Assembly: GCF_028875915.1 (NCBI RefSeq)
Contig: NZ_JAPEHW010000010.1
Coordinates: forward strand, 41,455-73,454
Source of the DNA: Pseudoalteromonas sp. G4
GTDB taxonomy: Bacteria; Pseudomonadota; Gammaproteobacteria; Enterobacterales; Alteromonadaceae
Length of the DNA stretch: 32,000 nucleotides
Reading direction: 5' to 3'
Shown: positions 1-8,971 of the stretch, one piece after another
How positions within the stretch are numbered: position 1 is the stretch's first letter
How the letters are laid out: every line of letters begins with the position of its first letter
Translations under genes and position numbers: made by a program
The notes under the pieces: model-generated
The model's input: only the letters and a program-made list of their open reading frames with translations
Told to the model about the DNA's origin: nothing
Database searches by the model: none

Positions 1-168
1 GCTGTAAATAGCTTATTTGAAGTGGCTAATCCTGTGCCTGTAAAAGTGCTAATGCATCAACAAGGCAAACTCAATACCCCTAATTTACGTCCACCGCTTA
101 CTCACCATGAGCTGGAATCACCTGCGGCAATTCTCGCTGCGAATCAAAAAATATTATCCTGGAATTAA
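1..168 (+). CDS. 3' end of a DapA-family (4-hydroxy-tetrahydrodipicolinate synthase-like) aldolase gene; 5' end lies outside the window
   Basis: Frame 1 is open from base 1 to TAA at 166-168. The translation AVNSLFEVANPVPVKVLMHQQGKLNTPNLRPPLTHHE resembles the conserved DapA C-terminal block (LF-E-NP-I/V-PVK ... LR-x-P-L/M-T) as I recall it. It sits directly upstream of a DapD-like gene. Confidence 0.55.
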   Translation, partial: AVNSLFEVANPVPVKVLMHQQGKLNTPNLRPPLTHHELESPAAILAANQKILSWN

Positions 169-180
169 GAGAGAAGTACT

Positions 181-921
181 ATGAACTGGCAAGAACTATT
201 AAAAAACCTAGAAAATGGCTCTGTACGTGCAGCAAACCAAGATGAAAATGGTAACTGGCACGCAAATGTAGAAGTTAAAAAAGGCATTTTAGACGTTTTT
301 AAAAATGGTACTAACACCGAATTCCCAGGTGGATTTGTAGATAAAGATAACCTTGCAGTACGTGGTTTTTCTGCTGAAGAAGGTGTACGTATGGTGCCAG
401 GTGGTACGAGTGTTCGCCCAGGTGCTTATGTTGCAAGTGGCACAGTAATCATGCCACCAGCGTACGTTAATATTGGTGCTTACATCGACACAGGTACCAT
501 GGTAGATAGTCATGCATTAGTTGGCTCATGTGCACAAATTGGTAAAAACGTACATTTAAGTGCAGCGGTACAAATTGGCGGCGTATTAGAACCTGTTGGC
601 GCAAGCCCAGTTGTTATTGAAGACGATGCATTTATTGGTGCTGGCTGTGTAATTGTTGAAGGCGTTGTAGTTAAAAAAGGTGCAGTACTTGCTCCAGGTG
701 TTCGCCTGTCAGCAACGATCCCTGTGTATGACTGTGTTAATGAGCGCGTATTAGAGAAAGGCGAGCCTATTCCTGAAAACGCGATTGTTATTCCGGGTTC
801 TCGTCCAGCATCTAACCAGTGGGGTCGCGAGCAAGGTTTAAGCATGTCTTGTGCGCTTATTGTTAAATATCGTGATGAACAAAGCGATGCATCATTAGAA
901 TTGGAAGAGGCTTTACGTTAA
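181..921 (+). CDS. dapD: Tetrahydrodipicolinate N-succinyltransferase-like hexapeptide-repeat acyltransferase (DapD family, short N-terminus)
   Basis: 246-aa ORF. The block PPAYVNIGAYIDTGTMVDSHALVGSCAQIGKNVHLSAAVQIGGVLEPVGASPVVIEDDAFIGAG is nearly collinear with the E. coli DapD left-handed beta-helix region as recalled. Purine-rich SD (agagagaag) lies upstream of the ATG. Confidence 0.75.
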   Translation: MNWQELLKNLENGSVRAANQDENGNWHANVEVKKGILDVFKNGTNTEFPGGFVDKDNLAVRGFSAEEGVRMVPGGTSVRPGAYVASGTVIMPPAYVNIGAYIDTGTMVDSHALVGSCAQIGKNVHLSAAVQIGGVLEPVGASPVVIEDDAFIGAGCVIVEGVVVKKGAVLAPGVRLSATIPVYDCVNERVLEKGEPIPENAIVIPGSRPASNQWGREQGLSMSCALIVKYRDEQSDASLELEEALR

Positions 922-2126
922 TGAGCTTCTTGAGCACACAACAGCGTCAAGTGCTGGCTGAACTATGCCAGCAAAACGATACTCCGTTCTACGTTTATGA
1001 TCTCGATAAACTGGCTGCGCATTTAACCACCTTAACATCACAAAATGTGGTGAAACTATGGTATGCCGTTAAAGCTAACCCGCTATCAGATATTATTCAA
1101 ACGTTAGATAAATGCGGCTTTGACTTTGATGTCGCCAGTAGTGGCGAACTCAATCAGGTGCTCGCTCAGGGTATTGATGCTAAACGTGTGCTCAACACTG
1201 GACCTGCCAAATCTAAAAAGCAGATCCAACACTTTCTAAACAAAGGTGTTCGCACCTTTGTTGCCGAAAGTCATAATCAAGTGGTTTGGTTAAACCAAGC
1301 AGCAAGCGAGCATGATATTAGGCTTCGCATATTATTGCGTGTTCAATTGCGCTGGCCAGACAGTGAAAAAAACCCACTTGGTGGCGACAGCTTAACACCG
1401 TTTGGGCTTGGCTGTGATGATTGGGCTTCACTTAATATTTCAGACTTCCCTGCGCTCGATTTTGCCGGTTTACATATTTTCCAGTGGGGCAATATGTTAA
1501 GCAGTGACAAACTTGCCGAGCTATGGCGCGCCATGATTGCACCACTTCAAACGTTAAGTGCTCAGCTTGGTTTTAAATTACGTATTTTGGATTTAGGCGG
1601 AGGCTTAGGCATCCCGTATACCGAACAAGCAGAGCGTTTAGTGTGGCCGCAATTATTAGATGCTCTTGATAACATCAAGCAGGCAGTTGGTTGTGATGAA
1701 CTTTGGATGGAACTCGGCCGTTATGCTGTAGGTGAAGTTGGTTTTTATGCCAACCCTGTCGTTGAGCAAAAACAAAACTATGGCGCGAATCAACTGATTG
1801 TTGCAGGCGGTATTAATCACATTTTACGCCCTGCAGTCACTAATCAAGCCTTCCCAGCAGAATTACTTCGCCAGTCAAATGCTGAAACTAAGTCGTTTTT
1901 AGTGCACGGACCACTGTGTACTGCGCTTGATAGTTTAGGTGAGTTTTCGCTTGCTGCAGATATCAATGAAACTGACTGGCTGATTTTCTCACAGTGCGGA
2001 GCATATGGTTTTACTGAAAGTATGCCGTACTTTTTATGCCATGAATTACCTGCTGAATACACTGTTAAACAAGGGCAAATAAGCTGTGTTAGACGTGCTG
2101 AAAGCGCTGATTATTACTTGAGATAA
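921..2126 (+). CDS. PLP-dependent decarboxylase of the Orn/DAP/Arg (group IV, alanine-racemase fold) family, LysA-like
   Basis: 401-aa ORF. N-terminal TPFYVYD ... YAVKANP motif (PLP lysine) and a GGGLGIPY glycine-rich loop are typical of diaminopimelate/ornithine decarboxylases. Its start overlaps the dapD-like stop (TAATG at 919-923). Confidence 0.75.
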   Translation: MSFLSTQQRQVLAELCQQNDTPFYVYDLDKLAAHLTTLTSQNVVKLWYAVKANPLSDIIQTLDKCGFDFDVASSGELNQVLAQGIDAKRVLNTGPAKSKKQIQHFLNKGVRTFVAESHNQVVWLNQAASEHDIRLRILLRVQLRWPDSEKNPLGGDSLTPFGLGCDDWASLNISDFPALDFAGLHIFQWGNMLSSDKLAELWRAMIAPLQTLSAQLGFKLRILDLGGGLGIPYTEQAERLVWPQLLDALDNIKQAVGCDELWMELGRYAVGEVGFYANPVVEQKQNYGANQLIVAGGINHILRPAVTNQAFPAELLRQSNAETKSFLVHGPLCTALDSLGEFSLAADINETDWLIFSQCGAYGFTESMPYFLCHELPAEYTVKQGQISCVRRAESADYYLR

Positions 2127-2128
2127 CC

Positions 2129-3241
2129 ATGAACCAAATTACCCAAGAAAACATTCAAGTTGGTGAAATTGCTAACGGCTTACCACTGACTATTCCGGTT
2201 TATCGCCTTACAGGCAATGGCACTGGGCCAAGTGTTTACATTCAAGCAAATATGCATGGCGCTGAAGTACAAGGTAATGCCGTTATTTACCAACTGCTTG
2301 AAAAATTAAAGCAACAAACCTTAGCATCAAGTATTACCTTAGTACCGTATGCCAACCCAATTGGTTGCAACCAGAAATCAGGTGAATTTACGTTAGGCCG
2401 TTTTGATCCAATTACCGGTACCAACTGGAATCGTATGTATCAAAACCATACACATTTGGTAGAAAATTTTGTGGCTGAATTTAGTGATGCCAGCGTGGAT
2501 ACCATTAAAACCGAATTTAAAAAGCGTTTGGTTGCAGCAACAGCTGCTATTTTAGATGGCCCAAGTTACACCCTCAATACCGGTAAACGTATTGCGCTTA
2601 ATCTACAAAAGTTAGCTCACCAAGCAGACATTGTGCTCGACCTACACACAGGACCAATCTCAGCTAAGCATTTATATTGCCCTGACTATGCCAAAGACAG
2701 TGCGCGCTATTTTGATATTGAACACATACTGCTGATTCCAAATGAGTTTGACGGTGCAATGGACGAAGCCAACTTTTGTCCATGGTGGCAATTGAGTGAA
2801 ACATACAAATCAATTGGTAGAGAGATCCCTGTATTAGTTGAAGCATTTACCGTGGAGCTTGGTTCACAAGAAAAAATTGATCTTAGCGAAGCTGAAAACG
2901 ATGCAAATAGCATCTTAAGCTATTTAACCTATAAAGAAGCCTTACTTGACTCACAGTTTAAGCCACAACCAATTACGCGCTATGCGTGTTACTTAAACGA
3001 TTATCTAGCGTTCTACGCCCCTATGGGAGGCATGGTTGAATACACCGCAGAGTTAGGCAGTCATATAAAGGCTGGCGATACTATTGCCAAAATTTTACGT
3101 ATGGAACGCTATTTATCAGAGCAACCGCTTAATCACATTACGCTAGATAAAGATGCTATCACTATTTTGCATTTTGCCTCAGCCAGTGTAAATCAAGGTA
3201 CTGAGCTTTATAAGTTTTTCACAAATTATTTTGAATTGTAA
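2129..3241 (+). CDS. Succinylglutamate desuccinylase/aspartoacylase (AstE/AspA) family zinc deacylase
   Basis: 370-aa ORF. GPSVYIQANMHGAEVQGN (H-x-x-E zinc motif) and the later VLDLHTG histidine motif are the family signature. It starts 2 nt after the decarboxylase stop. Confidence 0.7.
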   Translation: MNQITQENIQVGEIANGLPLTIPVYRLTGNGTGPSVYIQANMHGAEVQGNAVIYQLLEKLKQQTLASSITLVPYANPIGCNQKSGEFTLGRFDPITGTNWNRMYQNHTHLVENFVAEFSDASVDTIKTEFKKRLVAATAAILDGPSYTLNTGKRIALNLQKLAHQADIVLDLHTGPISAKHLYCPDYAKDSARYFDIEHILLIPNEFDGAMDEANFCPWWQLSETYKSIGREIPVLVEAFTVELGSQEKIDLSEAENDANSILSYLTYKEALLDSQFKPQPITRYACYLNDYLAFYAPMGGMVEYTAELGSHIKAGDTIAKILRMERYLSEQPLNHITLDKDAITILHFASASVNQGTELYKFFTNYFEL

Positions 3242-3273
3242 CAGTTGCGTGAGAAGTCCCCTTTGGGGCACAA

Positions 3274-3297
3274 GGCGGCATTTATGCCGCCTTTTTT
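3274..3297 (+). terminator. Rho-independent terminator closing the DAP-like cluster
   Basis: ggcggca-ttta-tgccgcc perfect 7-bp stem (3274-3291) followed by a T6 run. Confidence 0.8.
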
Positions 3298-3349
3298 ATG
3301 TTTCGATTTTGGTTATAATATAGGCCCACTAAATTTAGGGATAAAATTA

Positions 3350-4354
3350 ATGCGCCTTTTAGCTCCTAGCATACTACTCTCACTGACTCCCCTATTTGTC
3401 TTTGCAAATGATGAACCTTCCGAAAGTCAATTAGCCAAACAATGTATCTTAAATGAACTTGCGGCTGGCGATGAATCTCAGACACTCGCAGAAGTGAAAA
3501 AAAAGTGTATTCAAATAGCCGATATGGAAAAAATGTCTGCTATTGATAAACGCGTTATTCGGGAAAAGGTCACAACAAATAATCCAAATGTAATCACTCC
3601 ACACAAACGAAACTACATTTTACCCGTTACGTATATGGATAGACCTAAAAATACGCCTGCAGCACGCGATCCAAATTTAAAAGGTGCACCGCTTGATGAT
3701 TTAGAAGCGAAGTTTCAACTGTCTTTAAAAGTGCCTTTATACCAAAGTAAGTCTGATATTGACCAAGCCTTTTATTTTGGCTTTACGTTGCAGTCCTATT
3801 GGCAACTTTATAATAACGATATTTCATCGCCATTTCGTGAAACAAACTACCAACCTGAAGTTTTCTGGATGAATTTACTCGATGATGAAAATCGTTTGTG
3901 GGGGGATGAAATGGGTATTGCGATTGGCTTTGAACACCAATCAAACGGGCGAAATATTCCCCTTTCACGTTCTTGGAACCGTATTTATGCCAACCTGTTT
4001 TGGGAGCATAATGGTTTAGTTTTTAGCTTTAAACCTTGGTATCGCATTCCAGAAGAAGAGAAACGCAACCCAGAAGATCCAACCGGTGACGATAACCCTG
4101 ATATTCATGAATATATGGGGCACTTTGAATTTGCCAGTGTATATCGCTATGAAGAGCATGAGTTTACTGTCATGTTACGCAACAACTTAAAGTCCGATAA
4201 CAAAGGTGCTGTGCAGCTTGATTGGTCCTTCCCAGCATGGGGGCGTTTACGTGGCTATGCGCAATATTACAATGGTTATGGCGAAAGTTTAATTGATTAC
4301 AACCAACACATTGAACGCTTTGGTGTGGGTATTCTATTAACTGACTTTCTCTAA
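3350..4354 (+). CDS. pldA: Outer-membrane phospholipase A (OMPLA)
   Basis: Catalytic block FEHQSNGRNIPLSRSWNR (H-x-S-N-G) and the C-terminal YNGYGESLIDYNQ...RFGVGILLTDFL match OMPLA. I moved the start to ATG 3350 (MRLLAPSILLSLTPLFVFA signal peptide), because the longer ORF from 3245 runs through the upstream terminator. Confidence 0.85.
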   Translation: MRLLAPSILLSLTPLFVFANDEPSESQLAKQCILNELAAGDESQTLAEVKKKCIQIADMEKMSAIDKRVIREKVTTNNPNVITPHKRNYILPVTYMDRPKNTPAARDPNLKGAPLDDLEAKFQLSLKVPLYQSKSDIDQAFYFGFTLQSYWQLYNNDISSPFRETNYQPEVFWMNLLDDENRLWGDEMGIAIGFEHQSNGRNIPLSRSWNRIYANLFWEHNGLVFSFKPWYRIPEEEKRNPEDPTGDDNPDIHEYMGHFEFASVYRYEEHEFTVMLRNNLKSDNKGAVQLDWSFPAWGRLRGYAQYYNGYGESLIDYNQHIERFGVGILLTDFL

Positions 4355-4375
4355 TTTAGCTGCTTAAAATCCAGA

Positions 4376-4408
4376 AATAAAAAAACCAGCCTAGGCTGGT
4401 TTTTTTAT
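4376..4408. terminator. Bidirectional Rho-independent terminator between convergent pldA and typA
   Basis: ccagc-ctag-gctgg hairpin (4386-4399) flanked by an A8 run upstream and a T8 run downstream, so it can act on both strands. Confidence 0.8.
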
Positions 4409-4426
4409 TTAAGCGATTTGCAAAAA

Positions 4427-6262
4427 TTACTTTTTCGCTTCGCGGCTAGCACGCTTACGCTCGCTTTCAGTAAGAAGTTTCTTACGAATACGGATGCTTT
4501 CAGGCGTTACTTCTACTAGCTCATCATCATCGATAAACTCAAGCGCTTGCTCAAGAGACATAATGATTGGTGGCACAAGGTTTTGTGCTTCATCAGTACC
4601 TGATGCACGAACGTTAGTAAGTTGCTTACCTTTAAGCGCGTTAACTGTAAGGTCGTTATCACGCGCGTGAATACCAATGATCATACCTTCGTATACTTCC
4701 ACACCGTGACCGATGAATAGTTTACCGCGGTCTTGTAGGTTGAATAGTGCGTTAGTAAGCGCTTTACCTGTTGCGTTAGCAATAAGTACACCGTTCTTAC
4801 GCTGACCAATGTTACCGCCTTTGTGAGGACCGTAGTGATCGAACGTGTGGTACATTAAACCTGAACCAGACGTTAGTGTCATAAAGTCAGTTTGGAAACC
4901 GATTAAACCACGTGAAGGCATGATGAAGTCCATACGAATACGGCCTTTACCATCTGGTGCCATATCAGTCATTTCAGCTTTACGCAGACCAAGTTGTTCC
5001 ATGATAGAACCTTGGTGCTCTTCTTCAACGTCAACGGTTACTGTTTCGTATGGTTCTTCTAATTGACCATCTACTTCGCGAAGGATTACTTCTGGACGAG
5101 ATACTGCAAGCTCGTAACCTTCACGACGCATGTTCTCGATTAAGATACCTAAGTGAAGCTCACCACGACCTGATACGCGGAAGCTATCTGGGTTATCTGT
5201 TTCTTCAACACGTAGTGCAACGTTGTGAACTAGTTCAGCTTGTAAACGCTCAAGAATGTTACGTGAAGTAACGAACTTACCTTCTTGACCTGAGAAAGGT
5301 GACGTGTTTACAGAGAACGTCATAGTTACTGTTGGTTCATCAACAGAAAGTGCTGGAAGTGCTTCAACTTGGTTTACATCACATACTGTGTCTGAGATTT
5401 TAAGCTCACCCAAACCTGTAATTGCGATGATGTCACCAGCTTGCGCTTCTTGAGCTTCATGACGATCAAGACCTAAATAAGTAAGCACCTGACCTACTTT
5501 ACCGTTACGCTTAGAACCATCCGCACCAATAACAGTTACTTGTTGGTTAACTTTAACCGTACCACGCTTAATACGACCTACACCGATAACACCAATGTAT
5601 GAGTTGTAGTCAAGCTGGGAAATTTGCATTTGGAAAGCGCCTTCAGGATCGGCATCAGGCTTTTCTACTTGTTCAACAATTGCTTCAAACATTGGTTGCA
5701 TGTTGTCTGACGGCTCGTCTAGATCTAACGTTGCCCAACCATTGATTGCTGACGCGTAAATAACTTGGAAGTCTAGCTGGTCATCAGTTGCACCTAAGTT
5801 ATCGAAAAGATCGAATACTTGGTCCATTACCCAATCAGGGCGCGCGCCTGGCTTGTCGATTTTGTTGATAACAACGATAGGCTTAAGACCTAATGCAAAT
5901 GCTTTTTGCGTTACGAAACGCGTTTGTGGCATCGGACCTTCTTGCGCATCAACAAGTAGTAATACTGAATCAACCATTGAAAGAACACGTTCTACTTCAC
6001 CACCGAAGTCGGCGTGTCCCGGAGTGTCTACGATGTTAATGTGGTAGTCATTCCATTCGATTGCAGTGTTTTTAGCTAGGATTGTAATACCGCGCTCTTT
6101 CTCGATATCATTTGAATCCATTACACGTTCTTCATTACCGCCACGTGTTTCTAATGTACCTGATTGCTCAAGTAGCTTATCAACTAGTGTTGTTTTACCG
6201 TGGTCAACGTGCGCGATAATCGCAATATTACGTAATTTTTCGATACTCATATTTTTACTCAA
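4427..6262 (-). CDS. typA: Ribosome-associated translational GTPase TypA/BipA
   Basis: 611-aa ORF. It begins [19 protein letters not shown] (G1), followed by [14 protein letters not shown] (G3) and NKIDKP (G4). Length and order are as in BipA. Strong codon bias. Confidence 0.95.
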   Translation of the reverse strand: MSKNMSIEKLRNIAIIAHVDHGKTTLVDKLLEQSGTLETRGGNEERVMDSNDIEKERGITILAKNTAIEWNDYHINIVDTPGHADFGGEVERVLSMVDSVLLLVDAQEGPMPQTRFVTQKAFALGLKPIVVINKIDKPGARPDWVMDQVFDLFDNLGATDDQLDFQVIYASAINGWATLDLDEPSDNMQPMFEAIVEQVEKPDADPEGAFQMQISQLDYNSYIGVIGVGRIKRGTVKVNQQVTVIGADGSKRNGKVGQVLTYLGLDRHEAQEAQAGDIIAITGLGELKISDTVCDVNQVEALPALSVDEPTVTMTFSVNTSPFSGQEGKFVTSRNILERLQAELVHNVALRVEETDNPDSFRVSGRGELHLGILIENMRREGYELAVSRPEVILREVDGQLEEPYETVTVDVEEEHQGSIMEQLGLRKAEMTDMAPDGKGRIRMDFIMPSRGLIGFQTDFMTLTSGSGLMYHTFDHYGPHKGGNIGQRKNGVLIANATGKALTNALFNLQDRGKLFIGHGVEVYEGMIIGIHARDNDLTVNALKGKQLTNVRASGTDEAQNLVPPIIMSLEQALEFIDDDELVEVTPESIRIRKKLLTESERKRASREAKK

Positions 6263-6544
6263 GTTAGTGCTCTGGATAAAAGCTACGGATTATCTGATAA
6301 GCACAATACCTACCAAAGCCCGCTAAAAATCTAAGCTAAACACCTTTTATGTCATCTTAATGATGACCTCAAAAGGGTCTGCGCCTGCAAAAAAGTGGCA
6401 TATTATCCCCTATTACTGTGACAGATGAAAGTTTAGACAGAATAAAAATAGCTGATTTTTGCGATATTTTTGTCACATTGATGGTTTATTTTAAAAAAAC
6501 TATTTTGGCCTTGCGATTTTAGCCGTATTTTCTAGACTTTATCG

Positions 6545-6561
6545 CGCACCACTATGGTGCG
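6545..6561 (+). promoter_or_regulatory. NtrC (NR-I) binding site 1 upstream of glnA
   Basis: CGCACCACTATGGTGCG is a 17-bp perfect dyad matching the NtrC consensus TGCACC-N5-GGTGCA. Confidence 0.75.
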
Positions 6562-6578
6562 ATCAGGGATCTTTTTGG

Positions 6579-6595
6579 TGCATCAAATTGGTGCA
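6579..6595 (+). promoter_or_regulatory. NtrC (NR-I) binding site 2 upstream of glnA
   Basis: TGCATCAAATTGGTGCA is a 17-bp site with one half-site mismatch to the consensus. Its centre is 34 bp from site 1, about three helical turns, as in enteric glnAp2 enhancers. Confidence 0.7.
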
Positions 6596-6645
6596 AGACA
6601 AAGCCGAAAACACCAAAAACCTTTAAAATCATCTAGTTATAAAAT

Positions 6646-6661
6646 TGGCACAAAATCCGCT
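6646..6661 (+). promoter_or_regulatory. Sigma-54 (-24/-12) promoter, glnAp2-like
   Basis: TGGCAC-aaaat-CCGCT fits TGGCAC-N5-TTGCW with the invariant GG and GC correctly spaced. It lies about 50 bp upstream of the glnA ATG and about 60-100 bp downstream of the NtrC boxes. Confidence 0.75.
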
Positions 6662-6712
6662 TTATAGACAGCGATTTCAAAATTAAAAAACAACACACGG
6701 TTGGAGGACTAT

Positions 6713-8119
6713 ATGTCACACACGGTTTTACAATTTATTAAGGAAAACGACGTTAAGTTTGTTGACCTACGTTTCACAGACACAAAAGGTAAAGAGCAGC
6801 ACGTTTCTATTCCTCATCACCAAGCTGACGAAGATTTCTTTGAAGATGGTAAAATGTTCGATGGTTCTTCAATTGCTGGTTGGAAAGGCATTAACGAATC
6901 TGACATGGTATTAATGCCAGACGCAGACTCAGCTAAGCTTGACCCTTTCGCTGAAGAAACAACTTTAATCGTACGTTGTGATGTTGTAGAGCCTTCAACA
7001 CTTCAAGGTTACGAGCGTGACCCACGTTCTGTTGCTAAGCGCGCTGAAGAGTACATGCGTTCAACAGGTATCGCTGACACAATTCTTTTCGGTCCAGAGC
7101 CAGAATTCTTCCTATTTGACGATGTTAAGTTTAAAACTGACATGTCTGGTTCTATGTACAAAATCGATGCTGAAGAAGCGTGTTGGAATTCGGATAAAGA
7201 TTACGAAGGTGGTAACTCAGGTCACCGTCCTGGCGTGAAAGGCGGTTACTTCCCAGTTGCTCCAGTTGATTCATCACAAGATTGGCGTTCAGCAACGTGT
7301 CTTGTTTTAGAGGAAATGGGCCAAGTAGTTGAAGCACATCACCACGAAGTAGCTACTGCAGGTCAAAACGAGATTGCTACTCGCTTTAATACAATGGTAC
7401 TTAAAGCAGACGAAATTCAAGAAATGAAATACGTTATCCACAACATGGCACACCTTTACGGTAAAACAGCTACATTCATGCCTAAGCCAGTTGTAGGTGA
7501 TAACGGTTCAGGTATGCACTGTCACCAATCACTAGCTAAAGATGGTCAAAACATCTTCGCAGGCGATAAGTACGGCGGTCTTTCTGAAGAAGCACTTTAC
7601 TACATCGGTGGTATTATTAAGCATGCTCGCGCAATCAACGCGTTTGCGAATGCATCAACTAACTCATACAAGCGTTTAGTACCAGGTTTTGAAGCTCCAG
7701 TTATGCTTGCTTACTCAGCACGTAACCGCTCTGCATCAATCCGTATTCCAGTAGTACCATCTGCAAAAGCACGTCGTATCGAAGTTCGCTTCCCAGATCC
7801 AACAGCTAACCCATACTTAGCATTCTCAGCAATGTTAATGGCTGGCCTTGACGGTATTAAGAATAAGATTCACCCAGGTGAAGCAATGGATAAAGATCTA
7901 TACGATCTTCCAGCTGAAGAAGCTGCTGAAATCCCAACTGTTGCAGGTTCACTTGACGAAGCACTTGCTGCGCTAGATGCTGACCGTGAATTCTTAACGC
8001 AAGGTGGTGTATTCACTGATGACCTAATTGATGCGTACATCAATCTTAAGAGTCAAGAAGTAGAAAAATTAAATAGTACAACTCACCCAGTTGAGTTTGA
8101 AATGTACTACAGCGTGTAA
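6713..8119 (+). CDS. glnA: Glutamine synthetase type I (adenylylatable)
   Basis: [23 protein letters not shown]..., the GSGMHCHQS motif, and the [12 protein letters not shown] adenylylation-tyrosine loop. ATG 6713 is preceded by GGAGG (6702-6706), so I prefer it to the TTG at 6701 reported in the ORF track. Confidence 0.95.
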   Translation: MSHTVLQFIKENDVKFVDLRFTDTKGKEQHVSIPHHQADEDFFEDGKMFDGSSIAGWKGINESDMVLMPDADSAKLDPFAEETTLIVRCDVVEPSTLQGYERDPRSVAKRAEEYMRSTGIADTILFGPEPEFFLFDDVKFKTDMSGSMYKIDAEEACWNSDKDYEGGNSGHRPGVKGGYFPVAPVDSSQDWRSATCLVLEEMGQVVEAHHHEVATAGQNEIATRFNTMVLKADEIQEMKYVIHNMAHLYGKTATFMPKPVVGDNGSGMHCHQSLAKDGQNIFAGDKYGGLSEEALYYIGGIIKHARAINAFANASTNSYKRLVPGFEAPVMLAYSARNRSASIRIPVVPSAKARRIEVRFPDPTANPYLAFSAMLMAGLDGIKNKIHPGEAMDKDLYDLPAEEAAEIPTVAGSLDEALAALDADREFLTQGGVFTDDLIDAYINLKSQEVEKLNSTTHPVEFEMYYSV

Positions 8120-8167
8120 TTTTTACACGCCTCCAGATTCAATTTATTGTTTCAATGTGTGTTCCTA

Positions 8168-8190
8168 AGCCCGTTCTGCGGGCTTTTTTT
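8168..8190 (+). terminator. Rho-independent terminator after glnA
   Basis: agcccg-ttctg-cgggct hairpin followed by a T7 run. Confidence 0.8.
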
Positions 8191-8344
8191 GTGGAAAAAC
8201 GAATATATATATTATACATTTATACTACCTGTGCCTTATCGTATTGTTTAGCTAATGGTTTTTATAGCAAGTTTTACTTGGTAACAGGCGAACTTTCCGG
8301 TTCAGTACTAGAATAAAAACAATATATATAAGCAAGGATTTGAT

Positions 8345-8875
8345 GTGGCTTTTAAAGGCTATCAGCTATCACTATTAATTTTTCTACTGTTACTGCCTGT
8401 AGCAGACATTGCCGCGAAAGAAATTTACATGTGGCGTGATGAAAACGGTGTGCTCGTTTTTTCAGATACTAAACGTCCTGGCGCAAAAGTAATTTCGCTC
8501 GCGGATGATAAAGTAACCAGTATGAAAAAGGCGGATACCTCTGTCTTTGATACTAGTGATTCGCAAACACAAGCCATTAAATATGGTATCGAGATTGTTT
8601 CACCGAGCCATGAAGACACTATCCGAGACAATACCGGCTCACTCCATGTTTCCACTCGCATAACACCAAGCTTCAACCCCAAATTTAAAGTTCAGCTACT
8701 ATTTAACGGTAAGCGTAATACCCCACCACAATCAAAAGCGGTTTTTGTAATGCGCAATGTTGATCGTGGTGCACATACAATTCAAGCACAACTCTTTAAT
8801 GAAAAAGGCGAAGCTGTTGCAACTAGCGAGCAAATTACCTTCTTTATGCACCGAGCCAGTAGCATCGCAAAATAA
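8345..8875 (+). CDS. Secreted DUF4124-like protein
   Basis: 176-aa ORF with a GTG start 6 nt after AAGGA. It has a signal peptide (LSLLIFLLLLPVADIAA) followed by IYMWRDENGVLVFSD, which matches the DUF4124 signature (Y-x-W-x-D-x-x-G-x-x-x-F-S-D) as I recall it. The glnA/ntrB intergenic position is shared with other marine gammaproteobacteria, again from memory. Confidence 0.6.
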   Translation: MAFKGYQLSLLIFLLLLPVADIAAKEIYMWRDENGVLVFSDTKRPGAKVISLADDKVTSMKKADTSVFDTSDSQTQAIKYGIEIVSPSHEDTIRDNTGSLHVSTRITPSFNPKFKVQLLFNGKRNTPPQSKAVFVMRNVDRGAHTIQAQLFNEKGEAVATSEQITFFMHRASSIAK

Positions 8876-8954
8876 CTAGCTTATCGGCGAATTACGGAAC
8901 GCTTCTTGCTTTTTACTAGTAAGTCTCAATTTCGATTGATTTTAGTTAAAATAG

Positions 8955-8971
8955 CGCACTAAAATGGTGCA
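8955..8971 (+). promoter_or_regulatory. NtrC box abutting the ntrB start codon (glnL promoter/operator-like)
   Basis: CGCACTAAAATGGTGCA is a 17-mer with a good right half-site and a near-consensus left half-site. It ends one base before ATG 8972. Confidence 0.55.

Noticed and set aside
3245-3349. 5' extension of the pldA ORF (MREKSPLGHKAAFMPPFLCF...)
   Set aside because: It overlaps the upstream terminator hairpin (3274-3297). The recognisable signal peptide begins at the internal ATG 3350.
4845-6326. Several 64-86-aa plus-strand ORFs
   Set aside because: They are antisense to typA, which is unambiguous. They are short and lack start context.
6416-6480. TGTGACA ... TGTCACA, and TGCGA-N8-TCACA, as possible CRP sites upstream of glnA
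   Set aside because: The half-site spacing does not fit TGTGA-N6-TCACA. The two good half-sites are about 50 bp apart.
6701-6712. TTG start for glnA given in the ORF track
   Set aside because: The TTG overlaps the GGAGG Shine-Dalgarno. ATG 6713 gives the canonical MSH... glutamine synthetase N-terminus with proper spacing.
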